From assembly GCA_963727825.1 (NCBI GenBank), contig CAVSHO010000014.1, forward strand, positions 32,001-96,000: a stretch of 64,000 nt of DNA, given 5' to 3'. Position numbers and translations under genes: made by a program. The stretch is from Ignavibacteriota bacterium (GTDB taxonomy: Bacteria > Bacteroidota > Ignavibacteria > UBA10030). How positions within the stretch are numbered: position 1 is the stretch's first letter; every line of letters begins with the position of its first letter. Below are positions 16,074 through 25,499 of this stretch, piece by piece. The notes below the pieces were generated by a model. The model was given only the letters and a program-made list of their open reading frames with translations. It was not told the DNA's origin and searched no databases.

Positions 16074-16379
16074 TTAGCTGAATTGAGGGGGAGCGTGAGA
16101 AGAAAAAACACTTGTATGGAACGGTTCCGTAACTCTTTCTGGCAGTGTGATAACGGAAAATAGAATAGGTTCATTATATAGATCAGAACATGCTTTCGTA
16201 TCGAATGACAATATGGAGTTTGCAACCTGGAAGTTACAAATTGCGCAGTTATCCTGGTTCTCACAATCATGATGATTGTGGAATGCACTGATTGTGAGGC
16301 TTCCTAAAAGCAACATCAACATCAATGCAGGTATAACGACACGTAAGAAATGGCGATATTGCATCGATAGAGATTTCAT
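16074..16379 (-). CDS. DUF2946-like leader protein (TM/signal, HNHH-C..CAIC, C-terminal HAPP)
   Basis: Hydrophobic N-terminus, His/Cys cluster with CxxC, Pro-containing linker, SHAPP three residues before the stop; first gene of the metal-uptake operon. Confidence 0.75.
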   Translation of the reverse strand: MKSLSMQYRHFLRVVIPALMLMLLLGSLTISAFHNHHDCENQDNCAICNFQVANSILSFDTKACSDLYNEPILFSVITLPERVTEPFHTSVFSSHAPPQFS

Positions 16380-16654
16380 ACTTATTTTGAGAAATATCGC
16401 ATTGATTATGACATTATTAAACGAAATAGCAACGAATTTTTTTGTCTAACTTGCCTTAAAAAATCATTAACCACATTCTTAATTATAAACGGAATATTTA
16501 GCGCAGTGTTTCCTTAATGAGGCTTAAAAATGTAATAGCCAAGTATGAACACCTTAATAAACGATCAATTTAATGCTTGAAAATATCTGTCAATTCCTAT
16601 CTCAGAAATACACGCTTTGACAATTTTGTTATACTAAGACAACAGCATTATTCA

Positions 16655-16954
16655 TCACGCAACTTCAATAAGCGTTGCATATCGGGCTTTGCCCTCTTTC
16701 AAATAAGTTTCAAGGCGATTCACTAGCTCTTCGCCGCTCTCCGTCATTCCATCTTCGAGCGCTTCATATTCTTCTACTGAATTGCAAACGAATTCTTCTA
16801 CAAAAAAGTTCTTTTTTCCTTTTTGCTCGAAGATTGTGTAATTCTTTTTTTGCACGCCAGCAAAATGGTTTTTTAGTTCTCTTGCAAGAGCAAGATAGTC
16901 TTCTCGTATTTCCGGTTTTATTTCGTATGAAATTTGTAAAATGACTTTAGACAT
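16655..16954 (-). CDS. Conserved hypothetical protein (possible ABM/dimeric alpha-beta barrel-like fold)
   Basis: 99-aa ORF co-oriented with neighbours; ISYEIKPEIREDY...FVEEF pattern. Confidence 0.7.
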   Translation of the reverse strand: MSKVILQISYEIKPEIREDYLALARELKNHFAGVQKKNYTIFEQKGKKNFFVEEFVCNSVEEYEALEDGMTESGEELVNRLETYLKEGKARYATLIEVA

Positions 16955-16987
16955 AGGTTTCTTTCTTGATATAATTAAATGAATTAT

Positions 16988-17371
16988 TTATTTTTCCATC
17001 GCGTTCCGAATTTCCAGCTCGCTCATTCCGAAATAGTGCCCCAGTTCATGAAGCAGCACTTCTTTAATACGTTCAGATACTTCCTCATCGTTCCGGCAAA
17101 CAGCTTCGATGTTAGCTTGATATAAAGAAATCTTATCGGGAATTGTCGGGCTCGTTCCGTACCATGTTCCCCGATGCGTTAAGGGTATTCCCTGATATAA
17201 ACCCAAGAGAGATGTCTTGCTTGAATGCGTCTGGTGCATTACATCTTCTGAAGGATAATCCTCAACGGTTATGTGAACATTATCAATCTTATCCTCGAAT
17301 AATCTCGGCAAACCTTCAAATACTTTTTCGGCCACATCTTCAAATTTTTCTCTTGTCATTGCATCTTGCAA
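16988..17371 (-). CDS. Minimal zincin (Zincin_1) metallopeptidase family protein
   Basis: VEDYP, LLGLYQGIPL, PDKISLYQ, HELGHYFG. Confidence 0.9.
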   Translation of the reverse strand: MQDAMTREKFEDVAEKVFEGLPRLFEDKIDNVHITVEDYPSEDVMHQTHSSKTSLLGLYQGIPLTHRGTWYGTSPTIPDKISLYQANIEAVCRNDEEVSERIKEVLLHELGHYFGMSELEIRNAMEK

Positions 17372-17382
17372 ACTTATTATCG

Positions 17383-18102
17383 CTAAAACATTTTCAGCGC
17401 AAATTCGCCGCCATTCACTAATACAATCACAATAAGCCCATAGACAACCGAACTAATCAAAATTGATTTCCATAAAGAGATTTGATTGCCCACATTCGTT
17501 CCGATAATTAAAAGTATCCATGCCCATACCGCTAAGGCAATATCAAATCCAACAAGTAATATATATAACATCGGTTTGATAGTTATAGGAGGCGGATTGA
17601 ATGTGAAGAAGTACATTCCAAAAGTCAATAATTCAATCGGCAAGATAAATAATAACGACATAATGATTGGCGTTAACGAGTAACTTGTAATGCCTAATGA
17701 ATTACGGAAAGACGCTTTTTTATCCAGTATTTTTGATAAACCCCAATGCAGCGAAGAAGCAATAAGACAAAGTACAATGCCAAAGGGGATGCCAATCAGG
17801 ATCGTCAAAAAAATGAGTACGAGAATATTATCAAACCGATCTCCAAGTTTGAAATACGAGATTCCCGTGAATGTGATTGCAATTCCCGTCAAAGTATATA
17901 GGAACAATGCATAATTCTTATGATCTGCACGCATGATCAACCGAAAAGCATCTCGAGGGCTTTCAAGGATTTTCCATATTACGTCAAACAAATCCAAATT
18001 AGGAACTCGATTCTGCAAAAAACCACCACATTTTTTGCAGATCGTTGCATATTGGTCATTTTCTGTTTGACAAACGGAACAATTGATCATAGAATTTGGC
18101 AT
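17383..18102 (-). CDS. Zinc-ribbon plus Yip1-like membrane protein
   Basis: CSVC...CKKCG followed by five hydrophobic segments. Confidence 0.75.
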   Translation of the reverse strand: MPNSMINCSVCQTENDQYATICKKCGGFLQNRVPNLDLFDVIWKILESPRDAFRLIMRADHKNYALFLYTLTGIAITFTGISYFKLGDRFDNILVLIFLTILIGIPFGIVLCLIASSLHWGLSKILDKKASFRNSLGITSYSLTPIIMSLLFILPIELLTFGMYFFTFNPPPITIKPMLYILLVGFDIALAVWAWILLIIGTNVGNQISLWKSILISSVVYGLIVIVLVNGGEFALKMF

Positions 18103-18184
18103 TTCTTGAGTTATGTATCTAAACGAAGTTATGAAGATTGTGCTATGGAAGCAACGCTTTTTTAAATGATCCGAATAAATCTGA

Positions 18185-19561
18185 TCAAGTCAAGCGCTTA
18201 AATTTTGCAGTAAAATGCCGAAGTGTCGGTGCTTCTTCGATGATTTTGAATCCTTTGAGACTTTTACGATTCTTAAATACTTCTTCTGCTACTTCGACCA
18301 CGTAATCCATATGGCTCTGTGTGTAGACCCGCCGCGGAATAGCAAGCCGAACCAACTCCATCGGTGGAGAAATAAATGCACCGGTTTGTGAATCATATTT
18401 ACCAAACATTACGCTTCCTATTTCCACGCTTCGTATTCCGCCTACCCGGAAAAACTCGCTCACAACTGCTTGCCCAGGATATTCATGAGGCGGAATTTGC
18501 GATAAGAACTGCTTTGCATCGATATAGATAGCATGTCCGCCAGGCGGCTGAACGATAGGAATTCCAATCGCTGTGAATTTTTCGCCGAGGTATTCAACAG
18601 ATCGGATTCGATAACGAAGGTATTCCTCATCAAGAATTTCTTCCAGACCTTGAGAAATAGCTTCCAGATCCCGTCCGGCTAAACCGCCGTATGTCGGGAA
18701 TCCCTCAGTAACAATCAGAAGGTTCCTCGATTTCATGGCGAGGTTATTGTCGTTCATTGCCAGAAAACCGCCGATATTCGCGAGTGCATCTTTTTTTGCG
18801 CTCATCGTGCAACCATCTGCATATGAAAACATTTCGCGCGCAATCTCACGCACCGATTTTTTTGAATAACCTTTCTCGCGTAATTTGATAAAGTAAGCGT
18901 TCTCCGCAAATCGACAGGCATCAATAAACAATGGAATTCCATGTTTCTGGAGATTTTTTTTTGCTTGTCGGATATTTTCCATTGAAACGGGTTGCCCGCC
19001 GCCGGAATTATTTGTCACTGTCATCATGCATAGCGGTATGTTCTCAGCTCCCTTTTCCTCAATGATCTTCTTCAATGCTGCAATGTCCATATTCCCTTTG
19101 AAATCAGCGATGAGATCCGGATGTTTTCCTGTTTCGTTCAGTATGTCCACAGCTTCAGCGCCCGAATATTCCACATTTGCGCGAGTAGTATCAAAATGAG
19201 TGTTGTTCGGGATCCATTTGCCTTTACCGCCAACAATTGTAAAGAGAATCTTTTCCGCCGCACGTCCTTGATGAGTTGGAATAATGTATTTAAATCCTGT
19301 CAGTTCGCGGACAGTTTTCTCGAAACGATAAAAACTTTTCGAACCTGCATACGACTCATCGCCATCCATCATGCCGGACCATTGTTTCGCACTCATCGCA
19401 GAAGTCCCGCTATCTGTAAGTAAATCAATAAGAACATCTTCTGCAGGAATCAGGAATGGATTATAATATGCCTTGCGTAAAATGCATTCTCTTTGATGTT
19501 CGGTAGTGAACTTGATAGGCTCGATGGATTTGATCTTAAATGGCTCAATAATTGTTTTCAT
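18185..19561 (-). CDS. tnaA: Tryptophanase
   Basis: EPFKIK, DLLTDSGT, HQGRAAE, HFDTTR, PLP Lys in MSAKKD, VEIGS, LRHFTAKF (tryptophanase-type rather than tyrosine phenol-lyase residues). Confidence 0.88.
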   Translation of the reverse strand: MKTIIEPFKIKSIEPIKFTTEHQRECILRKAYYNPFLIPAEDVLIDLLTDSGTSAMSAKQWSGMMDGDESYAGSKSFYRFEKTVRELTGFKYIIPTHQGRAAEKILFTIVGGKGKWIPNNTHFDTTRANVEYSGAEAVDILNETGKHPDLIADFKGNMDIAALKKIIEEKGAENIPLCMMTVTNNSGGGQPVSMENIRQAKKNLQKHGIPLFIDACRFAENAYFIKLREKGYSKKSVREIAREMFSYADGCTMSAKKDALANIGGFLAMNDNNLAMKSRNLLIVTEGFPTYGGLAGRDLEAISQGLEEILDEEYLRYRIRSVEYLGEKFTAIGIPIVQPPGGHAIYIDAKQFLSQIPPHEYPGQAVVSEFFRVGGIRSVEIGSVMFGKYDSQTGAFISPPMELVRLAIPRRVYTQSHMDYVVEVAEEVFKNRKSLKGFKIIEEAPTLRHFTAKFKRLT

Positions 19562-19729
19562 TGTCAGATCCTCCAATTATTTCTTTTCTCTCACCTCTAT
19601 GCTACGTTCTTCGAGAAAGTGCATTCTTTTCGCCAAGATTATTCAAACAATATTAAGTCTGAGTTTATTTACAGTGATTTGATCCTATTTGTAATTTTGC
19701 AGCCAATCTATGAAATGAATGATTATGGG

Positions 19730-20254
19730 TTATTCTTTGTCATATTGGACAAGCGAATAAATATCGTACTTTTCAAGGTTTTTCCGTCCTTGAAGAAATG
19801 AAAGCTCGATAAGAAAAGATATGCCGACAATATTTGCTTGAAGTTTCTCAACAAGTCTCACAGCAGCGCACATAGTTCCGCCTGTTGCCAATAAATCATC
19901 GTGTAATAAAATACGTTCTCCGGGTTTGAGAGCATCCTTATGTATTTCGATTACATCGGTTCCATACTCCAAAGCGTACTCCTCTCTCATAACTTCAGCA
20001 GGAAGTTTTCCTTTTTTTCGTATAGGAACAAAACCTGCGCCCAAACTTACTGCTAATGCAGATCCGAGGATAAATCCGCGAGATTCAATGCATACAACCT
20101 TATCAATTTTTGAACTTTTATATCGCTTACTTAAAATATTAACGGCATCACACAATGCTTCGGCGTCTTTTAGAAGTGTAGTGATATCGCGAAAAACTAT
20201 TCCCTTCTTCGGAAAATCAGGAATGCTGCGGATGGTTTCAGAAAGCTGTTTCAT
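19730..20254 (-). CDS. apt: Adenine phosphoribosyltransferase
   Basis: IPDFPKKGIVFRDIT, ESRGF, RKKGKLP, LEYG, DDLLATGGT. Confidence 0.97.
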   Translation of the reverse strand: MKQLSETIRSIPDFPKKGIVFRDITTLLKDAEALCDAVNILSKRYKSSKIDKVVCIESRGFILGSALAVSLGAGFVPIRKKGKLPAEVMREEYALEYGTDVIEIHKDALKPGERILLHDDLLATGGTMCAAVRLVEKLQANIVGISFLIELSFLQGRKNLEKYDIYSLVQYDKE

Positions 20255-20269
20255 TGTTCACCTAAAAAA

Positions 20270-21052
20270 TTACCATTTTAATGGTTTTGAATTGAGAAAA
20301 GCGTCAATTCCCTTCTTGCAATCCTCTGTCATACGCGTCAACGCGTTTAGATGAGAAGCATAATCCAATGCATCACCCGTTTCCATTCCATAGACACGCG
20401 CGAGAAGTTCTTTTATCAATCCCATAGATGTACTACTGTTGTTTGTGATTAATTCGTTCGCCAGCTGCATACCTATTTTCTCTAAGTCGATTGATGGAAC
20501 AACTTTGCTGATAAGCCCGAGCTTAAACGATTCTTCTGCATCGATTAGATTGCCCTGCAGTACAAGCTCGCGAGCATGTCCTTCACCAATCCGTCTTACT
20601 AAATAAATCATAACGATCGCCGGGATAAGGCCCATCTTCGCTTCAGTATATCCAAACTTTGCTGTTTCACGCGCAGCTATAACGAAATCACATATAGTTG
20701 CCAATCCGCATCCGCCTGCAATTGCTTCTCCCTGAACAAGAGCAATAACTGGTTTTCGCAATGTATATATTTGTTGAAAGAGTTTCATCAAATCTGTCGA
20801 GTCTTGCAGATTCTGATTAAAATCGTATTTAGAAATACGTTCAAGGTAGGAATGTTCCAAACCAGAACAAAATGAATCTCCTTCTGCGCGTAATATCACC
20901 GCTTTGACTACAGAGTCTCTCTGCGTTTGTACAAATGCCTGGGTCAGTTCAGAAACCATTTGATCATCAAGGGCATTTTGTTTTTCCGGCCAATTGAGTG
21001 AGATAATCCCAATTCGTTTTTCGATTGTATATGTAATACGATAGAATTCCAC
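20270..21052 (-). CDS. Enoyl-CoA hydratase/isomerase family (methylglutaconyl-CoA hydratase-like)
   Basis: PEKQNAL, FCSG, KPVIALVQGEAIAGGCGL, FGYTEAKMGLIPA. Confidence 0.88.
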   Translation of the reverse strand: MEFYRITYTIEKRIGIISLNWPEKQNALDDQMVSELTQAFVQTQRDSVVKAVILRAEGDSFCSGLEHSYLERISKYDFNQNLQDSTDLMKLFQQIYTLRKPVIALVQGEAIAGGCGLATICDFVIAARETAKFGYTEAKMGLIPAIVMIYLVRRIGEGHARELVLQGNLIDAEESFKLGLISKVVPSIDLEKIGMQLANELITNNSSTSMGLIKELLARVYGMETGDALDYASHLNALTRMTEDCKKGIDAFLNSKPLKW

Positions 21053-21164
21053 ATGTCACCTTTTATGGTTGTGAAAGTAGCAAGAAGGGAAATGAAAAGC
21101 AATGTTTCAGATCGAGATGGAAAATAAATCTTGTAACTTTATTGTAATGAGGATAAATCCATAA

Positions 21165-21626
21165 CTATTTTTGGGCAGCAATTTTTATCCTTGTTGTTTC
21201 TTTTGGGCTTGAGAGAACAAGACTTGTTGTTGTTTTGGAAACACCCTGCCATGATTGGATTTTTGATAATAACTTTTCCAGGCCATCAGTGTTTTCTGTC
21301 CGCACTTTCAACAGATGCGTACCATTCCCTGTTATTGCATGACACTCTTGGATATCGTCTGTTTTCATAACATGTTCAAGAACAGTTTCATAGTGTTTCG
21401 ATGAGTCTACCGTAACAATGACAAACGCAGTAATGTCTTTTCCAAGACGTTTATGGTTCAGTTTTGCGTAATATCCTTGAATAATGCCATCCTCTTCAAG
21501 TTTATGCATTCGCTCACTTACAGCCGGAAGTGAGAGTCCTACCTTTTCTGCCAATTCGTTCCGTTTCGTTCTCCCTTCAACCTGGAGAACTTCAAGTAAC
21601 TCGCAATCTATTTTATCCAGCATCAT
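21165..21626 (-). CDS. Lrp/AsnC family transcriptional regulator
   Basis: LDKID..LL, ELAEKVGLSLPAVSERMHKLE HTH, ECHAITG. Confidence 0.93.
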   Translation of the reverse strand: MMLDKIDCELLEVLQVEGRTKRNELAEKVGLSLPAVSERMHKLEEDGIIQGYYAKLNHKRLGKDITAFVIVTVDSSKHYETVLEHVMKTDDIQECHAITGNGTHLLKVRTENTDGLEKLLSKIQSWQGVSKTTTSLVLSSPKETTRIKIAAQK

Positions 21627-21817
21627 AAACTCCACCCTTCTTTGCTAACGCATTATTCGATCTATACGATAATATATTAACACTTTCACAATATTTACCT
21701 GAAGATGTTAAGATTTCTATCAATAAAATGCAAGATATAATTAATAGAATATTAGTAAGCTATTTTAAATATTCCGCAAATCATGCAAAAGTGATAAATG
21801 TTATTGTGCAGCGGTCA

Positions 21818-22471
21818 TTACTTTGCGGCAGTTCGTAGAGAAACAATAGCTTTTTTTATAGACTTTGCCTTAAATACAGATGTTCCAGCAACAAGAACGT
21901 TGGCGCCTGCTTCAATAACGGAACGCGCGGTGTTTTGGTCTATTCCGCCATCAACTTCAAGCATAATTTCTCTTTTTGAGTGGCTAATCATTTCTCTTGT
22001 TTCATGAATTTTTCTAAGGGAATTTTTAATGAAGCTCTGACCTCCAAACCCCGGCTCAACAGTCATAATAAGAATCAAATCGACTTCATCGATTATATTC
22101 TGAATCGTAGCCACCGGAGTTGATGGATCAAGCGCTACCCCAGCTTTGCTGCCGCTTTCTTTTATCGCTTGAATAGTTCGATACAGGTGTGGACAAGTTT
22201 CCTGATGGACTGTTATAATATCTGCGCCGGCAGAACGAAATGAAGAAAGTAATTTTTCTGGCTCCTCAATCATTAGATGCACATCTAATGGGAGTTTTGT
22301 GCATCCACGAACTGCACTGACAAGAGGCGGGCCAAATGTAATATTAGGAACAAAATGTCCATCCATTACATCAAGATGAATTAAATCCGCTCCACCCTTT
22401 TCGGCTTCAACAACCTGTTTTCCAAGAATAGTAAAATCTGCGGCAAGCAATGAAGTAGCAATTTTAATCAT
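21818..22471 (-). CDS. rpe: Ribulose-phosphate 3-epimerase
   Basis: SLLAADF, HLDVMDGHFVPN, DVHLM, MTVEPGFGGQ, EVDGGI. Confidence 0.97.
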   Translation of the reverse strand: MIKIATSLLAADFTILGKQVVEAEKGGADLIHLDVMDGHFVPNITFGPPLVSAVRGCTKLPLDVHLMIEEPEKLLSSFRSAGADIITVHQETCPHLYRTIQAIKESGSKAGVALDPSTPVATIQNIIDEVDLILIMTVEPGFGGQSFIKNSLRKIHETREMISHSKREIMLEVDGGIDQNTARSVIEAGANVLVAGTSVFKAKSIKKAIVSLRTAAK

Positions 22472-22475
22472 ATAA

Positions 22476-23237
22476 TTAATTCTCGAGCTTGTTTTTTGTG
22501 TCTGTCTTTTGTGCAATAACTAAATCTATGGCTTGACCCAACTGTAGAAGTTCACCAGCTTTTGGATTTTGTTCAAGAATCGTGTTGGGAAGGATATCTA
22601 TATTGGTCTGATAAGTTGTTTTCCCAATCTGAAACCCATTATCGATGAGTATTTTCTCGGCTTCATCTAAGGTCTTCAACGAAACATCCGGTACCGGATG
22701 TTTATCCGTAGAGCGCCCTTGACTAACTGTGACATTGATACTATTGCCACCTTTTATTTTCACGCCTGGTTGAATTTCTTGGCTAATAATCGTGTTTGCA
22801 AATATTTCTTCTGAAGGTTCATACGAAATTGTTCCAAGCTTGAGATTAAATTTTTCAAGATTGAAAGCTGCCTCTCGTACAGACTTGCCCCTTAAATTTG
22901 GAACATCAACTAGTGCTTCTCCGCCGCTGATAGTTAAATATACTCCTCTATCTCGTTTTACTTCTGATTCAGCAATTGGGTTTTGTAACGTGATTGTACC
23001 GATTTTATACCTTTTATCATTTTTGTATTCTGCTTCTTTAGGATCTAATCCAGCTTCTTTGATTTTTTGTTTTGCATCTTCGAGAGATAATCCAATGACA
23101 TCGGGAACCTTCGTTGTCTTCCCCTTCTGAACATATAAAGGCATTAGAATATTGTTGAAAAGGAAGAAAATAATAAGTCCTATGATTGCAACAATGCCAA
23201 TTGGTATTGCAGCTTTTTTAATTTTATCTCTTTTCAT
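22476..23237 (-). CDS. PASTA-domain membrane protein (three PASTA repeats)
   Basis: N-terminal TM; VPDVIG, VPNLRG and VPDVS repeats each with Q-x-P. Confidence 0.92.
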   Translation of the reverse strand: MKRDKIKKAAIPIGIVAIIGLIIFFLFNNILMPLYVQKGKTTKVPDVIGLSLEDAKQKIKEAGLDPKEAEYKNDKRYKIGTITLQNPIAESEVKRDRGVYLTISGGEALVDVPNLRGKSVREAAFNLEKFNLKLGTISYEPSEEIFANTIISQEIQPGVKIKGGNSINVTVSQGRSTDKHPVPDVSLKTLDEAEKILIDNGFQIGKTTYQTNIDILPNTILEQNPKAGELLQLGQAIDLVIAQKTDTKNKLEN

Positions 23238-23587
23238 AAACAGATCGATTCTATTAACAATCGAATATAATTATTAATGGATTGAATTACAATGTGCTTC
23301 CACTTTTAGCATAGAATCATATATTTGAGCGATTTAGCTCTAAAACTAACCTGATAAGATATAGAAAAAACGTAAATGTGCTATTTCCTTATACAAGTTA
23401 AAGTGGTTTTTACAGGATTTCGAAACATTATAGGAATTATCGGCACCTCTGGATTTTTATTGCGAAAGTCTGCTTCACAATAAATTTATAATAATGTTTA
23501 TCATATGATTTTCATAAATTGCTTCTCAGTCTAATCTTCTATATATTTTTCACAATTGTCTTTCAATAATCAATTATTGCATAATCT

Positions 23588-24007
23588 ATGAAAAGAGAAT
23601 ATAGAGAACTCGCAAATGCCGCTCAAAAAGCAAAGCTCAACTCCTATTCTCCTTTTTCTAAATTCAGAGTCGGTGCAGCGCTTCTCACAAAGGATGGTAC
23701 AATTTTTACGGGATGTAATATCGAAAACAGTTCGTATGGACTTACGATCTGCGCAGAACGAGTTGCAATTTTTAATGCCATTTCATCAGGAGCATTAAAA
23801 TTCAAGGCTATTGCAATTGCTTCAGATTATCATGGTTTTATATCTCCATGCGGTGCTTGTCGGCAAGTTCTCTCTGACTTAGCTGGCGATATAGATTTTA
23901 TAATGGTAGATTCTAAAGAACGACTTAAAATTTTAAAACTCAAATCTCTTCTGCCCTTTGCATTTTCTGGAAAAAACTTGAAGCATCCAATTAAACTGAA
24001 GAAATAA
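23588..24007 (+). CDS. cdd: Cytidine deaminase (tetrameric type)
   Basis: [29 protein letters not shown]. Confidence 0.97.
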   Translation: MKREYRELANAAQKAKLNSYSPFSKFRVGAALLTKDGTIFTGCNIENSSYGLTICAERVAIFNAISSGALKFKAIAIASDYHGFISPCGACRQVLSDLAGDIDFIMVDSKERLKILKLKSLLPFAFSGKNLKHPIKLKK

Positions 24008-24009
24008 TT

Positions 24010-24585
24010 ATGGATACATCTGAATTGCATGATATTCCCCGTAATACCGGTTGGATTGAAGTAGTTTGCGGTTGTATGTTTAGCGGTAAAACTGAAGAAC
24101 TCATACGTCGTCTTCGGCGGGCACAAATTGCAAAACAAAGAGTCGTTGTTTTCAAACCTAAAATTGATACGCGATATAGCTCGGAGCATATTGTTTCGCA
24201 CAGCGAACAATCATTAAATGCTCTTGTAATCGAAGATGCTGATGAAATTTTGGACTTAGTTGGTGATGCACAGGTGATTGGAATTGATGAAGGCCAATTT
24301 TTTAAATCAAATATAGTCGACGTTTGTAATCAGTTGGCAAATCAAGGAAAGCGAATTATTGTTGCTGGACTCGATCAAGATTACAGAGGAAATCCTTTCG
24401 AACCAATGCCTCAACTCCTTGCTATATCAGAATATATCACCAAAACCTTAGCAATTTGTGTAGTATGTGGAAATCCTGCTGATAGGACTCAACGGAAAAG
24501 TGAGCAACACGAACTTGTTATTGTTGGTGCTAAGGATATTTATGAAGCAAGATGCCGAAATTGTCATAAACCTCCGAAAGAATAG
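24010..24585 (+). CDS. tdk: Thymidine kinase
   Basis: [21 protein letters not shown], Zn site CVVC...CRNC. Confidence 0.97.
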   Translation: MDTSELHDIPRNTGWIEVVCGCMFSGKTEELIRRLRRAQIAKQRVVVFKPKIDTRYSSEHIVSHSEQSLNALVIEDADEILDLVGDAQVIGIDEGQFFKSNIVDVCNQLANQGKRIIVAGLDQDYRGNPFEPMPQLLAISEYITKTLAICVVCGNPADRTQRKSEQHELVIVGAKDIYEARCRNCHKPPKE

Positions 24586-24615
24586 AACTACGGAGCACGA
24601 TCCATTTGCAGCTCA

Positions 24616-25461
24616 TTGATCAGTGAAAAATTGATTACAAAGAAGAAAATCAAAGATGCGTTGGGTTTTATTCGCGATGTTACAGATTTCAAACCTCAGA
24701 TTGCACTGATTCTTGGATCTGGGCTAGGTGAATTTACTAAGAATATTAGTATAGTCTCTTCAATTTCGGCATCTAAAATACCTAATTACCCTGTTTCGTC
24801 TGTTCAAGGTCATGCCGGAAAGCTTATTTTTGGTTATTTGCAAAAGGATTCCACAGAATCGACACCTCTTCTCATTTTTCAAGGGCGTGTTCATTTCTAT
24901 GAATTTGGATTTATTGACCGAGTCGTATTCCCGGTAATTATCGCACATCATATAGGTGTTAGAAAACTAGTTATTACAAATGCTGCTGGTGGTTTGAATA
25001 GTTGTTTCTCTGCGGGTGATTTTATGCTTATCAAAGATATCTTAAATCTCACTTTCCTACAGCAGCATTCAAAGAACAAAAAAAACGGGTTCTCGACTTA
25101 TGCTCCTAATGAATATTTTGACCATAAGATGCAACAAATGGTTCTTCAATGCGCAGCCCAACTTAAAATACCGATGCAACAAGGTACTTACTGTTGGTTA
25201 AAAGGTCCATCATATGAAACGCCATCAGAAATTCAGATGCTTAAGCGCCTCGGTGTCGATGCAGTCGGCATGTCAACTGTTCCAGAAATTTATACTTCCT
25301 TCAGTTTAGGAATGAAAACCGTTGGAATTTCGCTTATTTCAAACCTGGCTGCCGGTATTTCTAAGAACAAACTTTCGCATATAGAAGTTACAGAAACAGC
25401 AAACAATGTGAAGGAGCGATTCTCTGAATTAATGGAAAAACTTCTTCTTTCAATCAATTGA
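24616..25461 (+). CDS. punA: Purine nucleoside phosphorylase (trimeric, PunA/XapA type)
   Basis: ILGSGLG, GHAG, QGRVHFYE, TNAAGG, GPSYETPSE, DAVGMSTVPE. Confidence 0.92.
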   Translation: MISEKLITKKKIKDALGFIRDVTDFKPQIALILGSGLGEFTKNISIVSSISASKIPNYPVSSVQGHAGKLIFGYLQKDSTESTPLLIFQGRVHFYEFGFIDRVVFPVIIAHHIGVRKLVITNAAGGLNSCFSAGDFMLIKDILNLTFLQQHSKNKKNGFSTYAPNEYFDHKMQQMVLQCAAQLKIPMQQGTYCWLKGPSYETPSEIQMLKRLGVDAVGMSTVPEIYTSFSLGMKTVGISLISNLAAGISKNKLSHIEVTETANNVKERFSELMEKLLLSIN

Positions 25462-25499
25462 TATATCATTCTTTCACTTTTACTTTTTTTAGAATGCCT

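Noticed and set aside
16387-16403. Fur/Zur-like box ttgagaaatatcgcatt upstream of the metal leader
   Set aside because: Imperfect symmetry and one base short of a 7-1-7 box; cannot be supported without a lineage-specific matrix
18185-19561. Tyrosine phenol-lyase
   Set aside because: Has FDTT, SAKKD, EIGS and LRHF rather than the TPL-type FTTT, SGKKD, ERG and LRFF
19562-19730. TnaC-like leader peptide upstream of tnaA
   Set aside because: No short Trp-containing ORF ending in Pro-stop was identified in the apt-tnaA gap
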